Under the pieces are notes generated by a model. It was not told the origin of the DNA. It searched no databases and saw only the letters and a list, made by a program, of their open reading frames with translations. Below are positions 37,961 through 49,614 of a stretch of 64,000 nt of DNA, one piece after another. The first letter of the stretch is position 1, and each line of letters opens with the position of its first letter. Source of the stretch: Gemmatimonas sp. (lineage in GTDB: Bacteria > Gemmatimonadota > Gemmatimonadetes > Gemmatimonadales > Gemmatimonadaceae); contig OZ257156.1 in NCBI GenBank assembly GCA_965279375.1, positions 2,816,001 to 2,880,000 on the forward strand, given 5' to 3'. A program made the translations under genes and the position numbers.

Positions 37961-39960
37961 GCGGCCGACGCGGATCCGGGGAGTGAGGCAGGCGGCTTGC
38001 CTTCGGGCAGCGCCGGGGAATCGGGTGGCGTGAGACCGGTGCGAATTCTTGGCTCCTGATGTTGCGTGGTCATCGTCAGCCACTGCGCGTGTCGTGGCGC
38101 GACTTCCATCAACAAGTGCTGCATGATTGCGTCGCCGTTGTCGAAGTCGGTGACGAGGAAACGAATGCCGTTCGCGTAGCGTCGCTTGCCGCGCACCCTG
38201 AAGCCTTCCGTCCACGCCACCTGCCCAAACGCCTGCACGTGGCGATCAGGGAGCGCGAGTTTGACCGTCACGAAGGTGCCCACCGCGAGTTCTTCGTCGA
38301 GCGTGACCGACACGCCGCCGCGGTTGAGATTGCGCGCGAACGTCGTGCCGGTGATGCCGGCACGGCCCTTCGCATCGATCCGCTGGAGTTCGAAGCGCGC
38401 TTCCACGTCGAGGTCCTGCGGGAAGCGGTACATCGACCGCGCTTCCTTGCGCTCGAGCACTCGCGCCACCGCCGGCGACGTGACCGCGAAGAAGTACACA
38501 CCAAAGCAGGCGGTGACGATGTATGCCCAGAACTGCCCTTCGTTCTCCGCCTGCCATGCCTGCACAACGGCCCAGACCATGGCCGTGTAGACGAGGAATA
38601 GGAGCACGATGTAAGGCGCCGCCTGCGTGAATGGCGCGGCCGGCGCGCGCGACTTGGGTGTGACCTGAAAGGCCGCATTGCGCGAGAAGTATCCCGAGAT
38701 CGCCGTCAGCGTCGCGTGGATCTTCACGAAGTTGTACCGCTCCATCAGGAACGGCGTGCGCCAATTGCCGGCAAGGATGCTGGTGCCGGCGAGATTCGCG
38801 GCGAGAAACGGCAAGTAGTGGCTGGCGAATTGCAGCGGATCGCTGAGCAGCGGGAAGATGCCGGTCAGCGACGCAAAGATGACGGTCGCCACGCTGAGCA
38901 GTCGCACCCAGCTGAAAATCACGTTGTACTCGTACGACGCCAGATAGCACAGCCGCTGTCCGAGCGAGAGCCCGGGGCCGAGCAGCGGTCGCTCCATGCG
39001 CAGCACCTGCGTGGAGCCGATGCCCCACCGGCGCCACTGCGCCGAATACCCAGAGAACGTCTGCGCCGCCAAACCGCGCGCCACGCTGCGGTTGAAGTAC
39101 AGCACGCGCCAGCCGCGCTTCTGCAGACGGAGCCCGGTGTGCAGGTCTTCCGTGATGGAGCCCGTCGCAAAACCGCCGATGTCGTCGAGCGCTGCCCGAC
39201 GAATCATGGCTGGGCTGCCGCAATAGATCGTCGCGTTGAAGCCGTCCTTGGACGGCTGGATGATGCTGAAGAACAGCTCCTGCATCTGCCAACCGCTGCG
39301 CTCTTTCCAGTCCATCTCGTGCTGGAACGAGTCGAGGTTGTAGCAATCCTGATTGGCCTGCACAATCGCCACTTCGCCTGCGACGAAGAAGCCGATCATC
39401 TCGTCGATAAGCTCCGGCACCGGCACGTGGTCCGCATCGAGCGTGACCACGAATTCTGCGGCGCTGTGCCTCAGGCCGTTGTTCAGATTGCCGGCCTTGG
39501 CGTCGCTGCGATCGGCGCGACCGAGATACACGCATCCGAATTCGGCAGCCAACGCCGCGACTTCGGGGCGATTGCCGTCGTCCAGCACCAGCGTGCGATG
39601 CGGATAACGGATATCGACTGCGCAGGACACCGTATCGCGCAGCAATTCCAGCGGCTCGTTGTACGTCGCGATGAACACATCGACCGTGCGATACAGCAGC
39701 GGCGGCGGTACGCGATACAACCGCTGTCTCCACGTCACCACCATCAGGCCGACCGTGGATACGAACGCCAGCATCTCCGTTGCGAGAAACAGCACGAAGA
39801 ACCAGTGCGCGGCGGGATTGTCCGTTTCCGTGGCCCGCCAGAACAGATAACGCACACCCAGCGCGATCGTGGCCACCGACAACGCGCGTTGCGACCACAC
39901 GAGCGCGCGTGGGCGCGTCACCAGTGCGAGCGGCGTGTTGGTAGCGGGAGCAGGGGACAT
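37957..39960 (-). CDS. Cellulose-synthase-like (BcsA-type) processive GT2 with PilZ domain
   Basis: DVFIATYNE, DDG, KAGNLN, DADH, YCGS, TED, QWRRW, FQVTPK gating loop, PilZ RSMYR and NLNRGG. Confidence 0.9.
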   Translation of the reverse strand: MSPAPATNTPLALVTRPRALVWSQRALSVATIALGVRYLFWRATETDNPAAHWFFVLFLATEMLAFVSTVGLMVVTWRQRLYRVPPPLLYRTVDVFIATYNEPLELLRDTVSCAVDIRYPHRTLVLDDGNRPEVAALAAEFGCVYLGRADRSDAKAGNLNNGLRHSAAEFVVTLDADHVPVPELIDEMIGFFVAGEVAIVQANQDCYNLDSFQHEMDWKERSGWQMQELFFSIIQPSKDGFNATIYCGSPAMIRRAALDDIGGFATGSITEDLHTGLRLQKRGWRVLYFNRSVARGLAAQTFSGYSAQWRRWGIGSTQVLRMERPLLGPGLSLGQRLCYLASYEYNVIFSWVRLLSVATVIFASLTGIFPLLSDPLQFASHYLPFLAANLAGTSILAGNWRTPFLMERYNFVKIHATLTAISGYFSRNAAFQVTPKSRAPAAPFTQAAPYIVLLFLVYTAMVWAVVQAWQAENEGQFWAYIVTACFGVYFFAVTSPAVARVLERKEARSMYRFPQDLDVEARFELQRIDAKGRAGITGTTFARNLNRGGVSVTLDEELAVGTFVTVKLALPDRHVQAFGQVAWTEGFRVRGKRRYANGIRFLVTDFDNGDAIMQHLLMEVAPRHAQWLTMTTQHQEPRIRTGLTPPDSPALPEGKPPASLPGSASAA

Positions 39961-40231
39961 GCGGACTTGAAAGAGGCGAAGACCATCTCGGAGCGCGTCG
40001 TAGCATCGCGTACTGCGATCGCGTGCAGCGATCGCGCACTACCAAGACGAACGGCACACCGTGGTGGCACGAACGTCACCATGCTGGCTGCCCGCGCACG
40101 CGCGCTCGTACGTGCCCGGCATCCTGTGTTTCGGCGGCGGCCAAAGCCCTCAAGAATGCCCAGCGGTTCGACGATGAAGAGCAACACGGTCACCAGCACC
40201 GGTTTTTCTCCGTCGCCAAGCCAGCCCGTCC

Positions 40232-42802
40232 TTGAACCGTCACCGCGTCACCGTGCTTCTGCTGTCACTATTGACGGCCTGTATGCCCGCGGATCGGAGC
40301 CTCGCTCCGACCCAGGATCACGAGCACGCACACGCCCCGCGTCACAATCTGACCGCCAACGCCGACAGCGTCTACCGCTGGAGCGATCCGGAGATGTGGC
40401 CGAACGCCGAACTGCCCATTTCGGGCACCGATGTGGTGATTCCCGCGGGGCGACACGTTCTGCTGGACATGCCGTCCGTCCGCGTTCGTCAGCTCACGAT
40501 TGCCGGAACGCTCGAGTTCTCCGATGCGCAGGACATCGCGCTCGACGCGAACGCCATTCTGGTTCAGGGCGCCCTGGTCGTCGGCAGTGCCGGCGCTCGA
40601 TACACGCATCGCGCGGTCATCACGCTCAACGGCACCGCCGCTGAGAACGCACGTTTCGGCGCTGGCGCCAAGGGCATCAGCGTCGTCGGCGGCGCGCTGG
40701 AGCTGCACGGCACGTCGGTGCGCTCGTGGACCAAGCTGGCGCAGCATGCCCCAAGCGGAGCGACCCTCCTGACGCTGAACGAGCCCTCCGCATGGAAGGC
40801 GGGCGACCAGATCGCCGTAAGTGCCACCAGCTTCGACCCGGCCGACGCGGAGCTGGCCACAATCGCCGCCGTGGAGGGTGCCACGCTTCAGCTGACACAA
40901 CCGCTCGCACACGACCACTGGGGCGAGCTACAGGAGATCGCCGGCCGACCACTCGACGAACGCGCCGAAGTGGGGCTGCTCACGCGCAATATCGTCATTC
41001 GCGGCGACACGCTCTCCGAGCAGGACGGCTTCGGTGCGCAGGTGATGATTCACCCCGGCAGCAGCGCGCACGTCGAAGGCGTCGAGTTCTATCGCGTCGG
41101 CCAACGCGGGCTGATGGGACGCTATCCGCTGCATTGGCACCTCGCACAGGAAACCGAGGGCCACTACGCGCGCGACAATGCCGTCTGGCACAGCTACAAC
41201 CGCTGCATGACCATCCACGGCACGAACGGCGTCACGCTCGAAGGCAACGTCTGCTACGACCACGCCGGACACGGCTTCTTCCTCGAAGACGGCGTCGAGC
41301 ACAGCAATGTCCTCGCGCGCAATCTGGGGATGCGCACGCGCGTTCCGGCGCCTGCGTCGCGTCTGCTGCCGAGCGACGAACGGCCGGCCACGTTCTGGAT
41401 CACGAATCCGGACAACGACCTGCACGACAACGTCGCCGCTGGATCAGATGGCTTTGGCATTTGGTATGCGCTGCCCGAGTATCCCACGGGCCTTTCCGCT
41501 ACGCGCAACGTACATCCACGACAGATCCCGCTTGGGCGTTTTGCGCACAACACGGTGCACTCGAACATGCGAAGTGGACTGTGGGTGGATGAAGGCATGG
41601 ACGCGGCAGGCACGCTCAACATCGCCTGGTATGAGCCCAGTGCTGCGCCTGCGTACTTTCGCGGCTTGCTCGCGTGGAAGAATCGCGCGATGGGCGCGTG
41701 GTTCCGTGGTCGCAATCTGCATCTCGTGGATGCAGTCCTCGCCGACAACATGATCGGGGCCACCTTCGCTGCACTCGAGAGCACGCTCGAAGATGCGTTC
41801 GTGGTGGGCGTGAGCGACAACCGCGGCGTCAATGCCAGCGCGTGGGCGCCGGTGCGCGGCTTCTGGTTCTACGACGGACCGGTGGGCGTCGCGCGATCGC
41901 TGTTCGCCAACTTCGATGCACGCGCCGGAAGCGACGCAAGTGCACTTGGCTTCCACCCCGTGAATCCGTGGCCGATCAGCGCTGCGAACTGGGTGGAGTC
42001 GGTGCGCTTTGTAGACGCGGAGCGCATGCGCTTCGATCCGGTCAGCGAATCGTATGACGCCACCAAGTCCGCCGTCGTCGTGGACCGCGACGGCTCACTC
42101 GGCGAGGCCGCGCACTCCGTATTCGTTTCGGATTCACCGTTGCTGCGCGGGGGCTGCGCACCGCGTGCGTCGTGGAACGCATGGTCATGCGACGTGCCCT
42201 TCACGCAGCTCCTGGTGCGCACCGATGTCGAGATGCCATCAGGCATCGCCGTGCAGCGTACAGGACTCCCGAACACGCAGGTACGGATCGCGCCTGTGCG
42301 CTACGACCGGACCTTCACCACCGTGACCGTGCCGCAGGGGATGGCGCTCGACGTGCGCACGCCGGGACTCACGCCGCAGCTCCTGCGTCTCAGTGCGACG
42401 CTGGTGAACGCCGATGTCCCGCTGGATGTTACCGTCGCGCGCCCCTCAGGCGTGTTCGAGGTTGCGCAGGCCGGACGTGCGCTTGCGCGCGTCACACGGG
42501 ATGAGATCGATCGCTGCGTGAGTTGCTGGAGCAGCGACAACGCGACCGGCGATCTTCGACTGCGGTTGCTTGCCGACTCGACGACCAGCGCGATCAACGT
42601 GTCCATCGGGCGCGGTGCGTCGATCGCAAGTGCTCGATCGGTTGGATCGAGTCTATCGAGTGCAGGGCTCGCCGGTCCGCGCGCCAACGCGCTCTTGGCG
42701 CCGTTTGGACACGAGCCGCGTGCTGCCGGCTATCGAGAGCCGGCGGGGCGCGCGAGTTCGGTGTTGAAGTACGGCAGCAGGGCGTTCAACGCGAAGATGT
42801 AA
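40232..42802 (+). CDS. G8-domain parallel beta-helix lipoprotein (CEMIP/TMEM2/fibrocystin-like)
   Basis: Lipobox LLTA-C; G8 domain; AEVGLLTRNI, GRYPLHWH, NRCMTIHGTN, GHGFFLEDG, FWITNPDN..NVAAGS. Confidence 0.85.
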   Translation: MNRHRVTVLLLSLLTACMPADRSLAPTQDHEHAHAPRHNLTANADSVYRWSDPEMWPNAELPISGTDVVIPAGRHVLLDMPSVRVRQLTIAGTLEFSDAQDIALDANAILVQGALVVGSAGARYTHRAVITLNGTAAENARFGAGAKGISVVGGALELHGTSVRSWTKLAQHAPSGATLLTLNEPSAWKAGDQIAVSATSFDPADAELATIAAVEGATLQLTQPLAHDHWGELQEIAGRPLDERAEVGLLTRNIVIRGDTLSEQDGFGAQVMIHPGSSAHVEGVEFYRVGQRGLMGRYPLHWHLAQETEGHYARDNAVWHSYNRCMTIHGTNGVTLEGNVCYDHAGHGFFLEDGVEHSNVLARNLGMRTRVPAPASRLLPSDERPATFWITNPDNDLHDNVAAGSDGFGIWYALPEYPTGLSATRNVHPRQIPLGRFAHNTVHSNMRSGLWVDEGMDAAGTLNIAWYEPSAAPAYFRGLLAWKNRAMGAWFRGRNLHLVDAVLADNMIGATFAALESTLEDAFVVGVSDNRGVNASAWAPVRGFWFYDGPVGVARSLFANFDARAGSDASALGFHPVNPWPISAANWVESVRFVDAERMRFDPVSESYDATKSAVVVDRDGSLGEAAHSVFVSDSPLLRGGCAPRASWNAWSCDVPFTQLLVRTDVEMPSGIAVQRTGLPNTQVRIAPVRYDRTFTTVTVPQGMALDVRTPGLTPQLLRLSATLVNADVPLDVTVARPSGVFEVAQAGRALARVTRDEIDRCVSCWSSDNATGDLRLRLLADSTTSAINVSIGRGASIASARSVGSSLSSAGLAGPRANALLAPFGHEPRAAGYREPAGRASSVLKYGSRAFNAKM

Positions 42803-43881
42803 TCGTCGACCGCGAGCGCCTGCGCGCTGCGAATGCGTACGTTATGGCGGCAGCCATAGCGCTTTCCGGAATCGAGCTCGGGGCGCATGGTCGTGAGCAG
42901 ATCCTGCAGCGAGCCGGACACCCCGCGCACCGTATAGCGGTCTGCTCCCTCGATCAGCACCTCGGCGACGGATCCGCTATCCACCTTGAGTTCGATACAG
43001 GTGGGCGTCTGACGCGAGCGACCGGGACCGGCGCCGGCGCCAGTTCCGCTGCCGCCACCGATGCCAGCGCCGAGCAGCACTTGCGCAGTGCGCGTGGTCG
43101 CCGGGCCGGAGCCTGCACCCGTGCCGCCGCCATTCCCGCCACCTACCCCCGGGCCGCGACCCGCTCCGCTTCCCGCGCCCGAGCCTGCGCCACTGCCGGG
43201 AATGCCGGGAGGCGCCGCTGCTGCGGCGAGTGCGCGCAGGACCGCCATCGTGTCGCGGGGTATCGTCGACGTGGACGCGTCCGCGATCGCCGCCGCAACG
43301 GCGGCGGGACTCGCCTCGGACGGGGGACGACCTGGTGCGACCACCTGCGCCACCGACGGCGCGATGGCGTCGAGCTGGCGCCGAATGGAGTCGGCCCGCT
43401 GCGAAACGGTGCTGAGCGCCGCGACCGTTTCATTTCGGGAGAGTTGCGCCATGGCCAAGTCGCGTTCGACGGCCGTCATGCGTGCATTGGTCTCGGGGGC
43501 AGTGGCAACGCCGCTGCCGGCCGCACCGGGAATACCGCCTGGCCGCAGGGCCGCCAGCGAATCCCGCTCGCGCTGCAGTTGCGCCAGTCGAGAGGCGAGC
43601 GCGCTGTCCCGGACGAAGGCCGCGCGGACAGCCCGCTCGAGGGAATCGAGGCGCTGGGCGAGGGCCATGAGCTGCATCAACCGCGGGTTGCGCAGCGCCG
43701 TGGAGTCCACGGTTGGCGTAGTCTGCTTGACCACTGGTGGCGTGCCGGCGCGGCTCATCTGGCTCAGTCCGAAGAAGAGCAGAGCCAAAAAGAGACCCAG
43801 TTCGGCTTCGGTGAAGCCGATGATCGATTGCCCGCGATTGCCGCGTCGGCGCTTGGGCGCGCCCTTCGCCGGGGCGGTCAC
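42730..43881 (-). CDS. Single-TM protein with coiled coil, Gly-rich linker and ExbD/TolR-like C-terminal domain
   Basis: Basic N-tail, TM GFTEAELGLFLALLFFGL with acidic residues, coiled coil, GSGAG repeats, C-terminal VLIEG..YTV..LQDLL..VRIRS; start overlaps the upstream stop. Confidence 0.6.
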   Translation of the reverse strand: MTAPAKGAPKRRRGNRGQSIIGFTEAELGLFLALLFFGLSQMSRAGTPPVVKQTTPTVDSTALRNPRLMQLMALAQRLDSLERAVRAAFVRDSALASRLAQLQRERDSLAALRPGGIPGAAGSGVATAPETNARMTAVERDLAMAQLSRNETVAALSTVSQRADSIRRQLDAIAPSVAQVVAPGRPPSEASPAAVAAAIADASTSTIPRDTMAVLRALAAAAAPPGIPGSGAGSGAGSGAGRGPGVGGGNGGGTGAGSGPATTRTAQVLLGAGIGGGSGTGAGAGPGRSRQTPTCIELKVDSGSVAEVLIEGADRYTVRGVSGSLQDLLTTMRPELDSGKRYGCRHNVRIRSAQALAVDDYIFALNALLPYFNTELARPAGSR

Positions 43882-44531
43882 TTCGCGTTGGTCGAGGCTG
43901 GGGGGATCGTGGGCGTCGAGGTCGGCGTCGTGCCCGACGGGCCGGCGTAGGGCGTCGGCCGGACGGGCTCGGCTGGGCGCGGCGCGGTGTGGGCCAGCTG
44001 CGCCAGGAAGCGCGCCTGTGTCGCCTCGAGCTCGGCGGTCTGCCTGGCGCGTTCCTCGGCCATCTCGCGGAAGAACTGCTGGCGGGCGACTTCGAAGGCG
44101 ACGGCGTGGCTGGTGACGGCGTTGGCGAGGGCGGCCAAGCGGTCATCCTCCTCGGGGGCTTCGTCCTGCACGAGGGTGAGGAGCGCCTGGCGGCAGAAGA
44201 GACCGACGATCGTGGTCAGGACCGCGGCACCGACCTCCTGCGTCATCAGCGACGGATTCTGGGCGAACAGGGTGGCGTTCGACGAGACGTCGTTGAAGAT
44301 CTTGAACAGCGCGAACATCGTGAGCAGGAAGCCCAGGAAATAAGGCGAGTCCTTGAGGGAGTCGCCGCCGAGCTGTCCGACGGAGGCGCGGTTGGAGTAG
44401 AGGTAGAGCGTGTAGACGACGATAGGGACGGACGGCAGGTAGGGCCGCCCGATGTCGGTGAACAGGGCCCACATGCTGGCTGCCAGGGCGACGGTAAACG
44501 CCGCGAAGGCACGATTTGAAAAAAAGTTCAC
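43878..44531 (-). CDS. MotA/TolQ/ExbB-like membrane protein
   Basis: TM hairpin DSPYFLGFLLT and GAAVLTTIVGL, characteristic of proton-channel A subunits; short C-terminal coiled coil. Confidence 0.65.
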   Translation of the reverse strand: MNFFSNRAFAAFTVALAASMWALFTDIGRPYLPSVPIVVYTLYLYSNRASVGQLGGDSLKDSPYFLGFLLTMFALFKIFNDVSSNATLFAQNPSLMTQEVGAAVLTTIVGLFCRQALLTLVQDEAPEEDDRLAALANAVTSHAVAFEVARQQFFREMAEERARQTAELEATQARFLAQLAHTAPRPAEPVRPTPYAGPSGTTPTSTPTIPPASTNAK

Positions 44532-44730
44532 GCGACGTCGGCGTCGGATAATGAGCAGTAGGCGGCGCGGGGCCCGCGGCACCCGGTATACGGACACAAC
44601 GACCGATTGGCGTCGCTGGTCACAACCGTTCCGCCGGTGGCACAGTGGCGGCAGCTGACAAGGTTGCCTTGCCGGAGGTAGTTCGCAAGCGGCGTTCCGT
44701 CTTTGGGGGCACACGGCCCCGTCCAGCCCA

Positions 44731-44758
44731 TTGACTCCACCACCTCCTCGGTTACCTT
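44731..44758 (+). promoter_or_regulatory. Putative sigma70 promoter of fusA-tuf-S10
   Basis: TTGACT-16 nt-TACCTT, about 290 nt before fusA. Confidence 0.55.
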
Positions 44759-45050
44759 ACCTCGGCTACCCCATCTCAGGTGCGGGTATCACCGGAACGT
44801 TTGCTGGTAGAACGCCGGACAAACTCAACGTCGTCGCGAGTGGTTTGCGGCGTCGCGCCTTGGGTCCCCATTCGTGCAGCAGTGGCGAGTGCACCCGGCG
44901 GCAGCGGATGGATACCGGCCTTGCTCTGCGAGGCGTCTGGTCCAGCCGTTTTTTTGCTGGTTCGTGTTGGGCTCGCAGGTTCGTGAAGGAATTGATCGCT
45001 CACTCTCGTCAACACCTGGCGCCGCGCAAGCGAGCAGCCGCCTGAAGACT

Positions 45051-47171
<2,121 letters not shown>

Positions 47172-47213
47172 GCCTCACCCACTCATTCACTACCCAATTA
47201 CAAGAACCGAACC

Positions 47214-48416
<1,203 letters not shown>

Positions 48417-48430
48417 GCAATAGCGTGGCG

Positions 48431-48467
48431 CTGTCGGGCGGTGGGTGCTGAGCGCACCGCCCGACAG
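48431..48467 (+). other. Stable hairpin between tuf and rpsJ
   Basis: CTGTCGGGCGGTG...CACCGCCCGACAG 13-bp stem without a clear U tract. Confidence 0.55.
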
Positions 48468-48508
48468 GACCGCGTTCTTCGCAGTTTCTAACTCGAGAGA
48501 TTCATCTG

Positions 48509-48817
48509 ATGGCTGGCCGTATCCGCATTCGCCTGAAGGCTTTTGACCACGCCGTGATCGATCAGGCTTCGGCAGACATTGTGCGCACCGCTGAAAAGAC
48601 GGGCGCGCAGGTGTCGGGTCCGATTCCCCTGCCGACGAAGACGCAGCGTTGGACTGTGCTGCGGTCGCCGCACGTGGACAAGAAGTCGCGCGAACAGTTC
48701 GAACTGAAGACGCACAAGCGGTTGATCGACATTCTGGATTCGCGCCCGGGTACGGTGGACGCGTTGACGAAGCTTGATCTGCCTGCCGGCGTGGACGTCG
48801 AAATCAAGGTTGAGTAA
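48509..48817 (+). CDS. rpsJ: 30S ribosomal protein S10
   Basis: [30 protein letters not shown]. Confidence 0.99.
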   Translation: MAGRIRIRLKAFDHAVIDQASADIVRTAEKTGAQVSGPIPLPTKTQRWTVLRSPHVDKKSREQFELKTHKRLIDILDSRPGTVDALTKLDLPAGVDVEIKVE

Positions 48818-48928
48818 GCAGTCGGAGTTGGAGTTGTAGTACAGAGGTCATCGCACACGGCGATGTCCTCCACAGTCCAACGGTGTGGACGATCGGTCCC
48901 CCGCGACTCGTACGGTTTGGAGTAACTC

Positions 48929-49612
48929 ATGATCGGCATTATCGGTAAGAAGCTGGGGATGACCCAGCTGTTCAACGAGCAGGGGCAGCAAGTGCCCTGC
49001 ACCGTGGTGGAGGCCACGCCGAATCCCGTGACGAAAGTCATGACGATTGCGGACGCTGGTTTCGCCTCGGTCGAGCTTGGCTATGGCGCGCAGCGCGTAG
49101 CCCGCGAAAACAAGAAGGGCGAGCGCACGCCGAAGGGACGTCGCGCGACGTCGGCGGAAGTCGGACACGCGAAGAAGGCAGGCCTGGATGCGCCGCCGGC
49201 CGTGCTCCGCTCGTTCCGCATCGACGACGCTCCGGGAAAGAACCCGGAGATTCCGACGTACACGGTGGGCGAGACGGTGACTGTTGGCATTTTCGCGCCG
49301 GGTGAGCGCGTCAAGGTCGAAGGCACCACGAAGGGTCGTGGTTTCCAGGGTGTGGTGAAGCGCCATGGTTTTGGCGGCGGCCCGAACACCCACGGCAACA
49401 CGAAGCACCGCAAGCCCGGATCGATCGGCGCCGGTACGAATCCGTCGCGCGTCATCAAGGGCAAGAAGATGCCGGGGCAGTACGGCAACGTGCGCCACAC
49501 GGCCATTGGCATTCGCGTCGAGAAGATCGATGCCGAACGCAACCTCATTTACCTGCGCGGTAGCGTGGCGGGGCCGACCAACGGCATCGTCTTCGTGCGC
49601 AAGCAGGGCTGA
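48929..49612 (+). CDS. rplC: 50S ribosomal protein L3
   Basis: GKKLGMTQ, KGRGFQGVVKRH, HRKPGSIG. Confidence 0.98.
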   Translation: MIGIIGKKLGMTQLFNEQGQQVPCTVVEATPNPVTKVMTIADAGFASVELGYGAQRVARENKKGERTPKGRRATSAEVGHAKKAGLDAPPAVLRSFRIDDAPGKNPEIPTYTVGETVTVGIFAPGERVKVEGTTKGRGFQGVVKRHGFGGGPNTHGNTKHRKPGSIGAGTNPSRVIKGKKMPGQYGNVRHTAIGIRVEKIDAERNLIYLRGSVAGPTNGIVFVRKQG

Positions 49613-49614
49613 CC

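Noticed and set aside
40065..40079. sigma54 promoter for the G8 gene (TGGCACGAACGTCAC)
   Set aside because: Good -24 element, but the -12 reads TCAC and lacks the required GC
38716..40644. 642-aa plus-strand ORF and 603-aa alternative minus-strand ORF over the synthase
   Set aside because: They overlap a gene with complete GT2/PilZ motifs and have Arg-rich, non-protein-like composition
44519..44525. A7 tract at the start of the MotA-like gene as a phase-variation site
   Set aside because: Short and in frame (encodes Phe-Phe-Ser); no evidence of slippage
42730..44531. Zorya (zorAB) defence system
   Set aside because: The A subunit lacks the long ZorA tail, B lacks an OmpA-like peptidoglycan-binding domain, and no zorC/D/E is adjacent; kept as an orphan motor pair instead
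25144..45050. Integrative mobile element or prophage
   Set aside because: No integrase, transposase, phage genes or terminal direct repeats were seen
44874..45050. N-terminal extension of EF-G (likewise the longer ORF-track starts for rpsL, rpmG, rpsC, rplF, rpsE, map and ftcD)
   Set aside because: Conserved N-termini and RBS or stop-start overlaps point to the downstream ATGs
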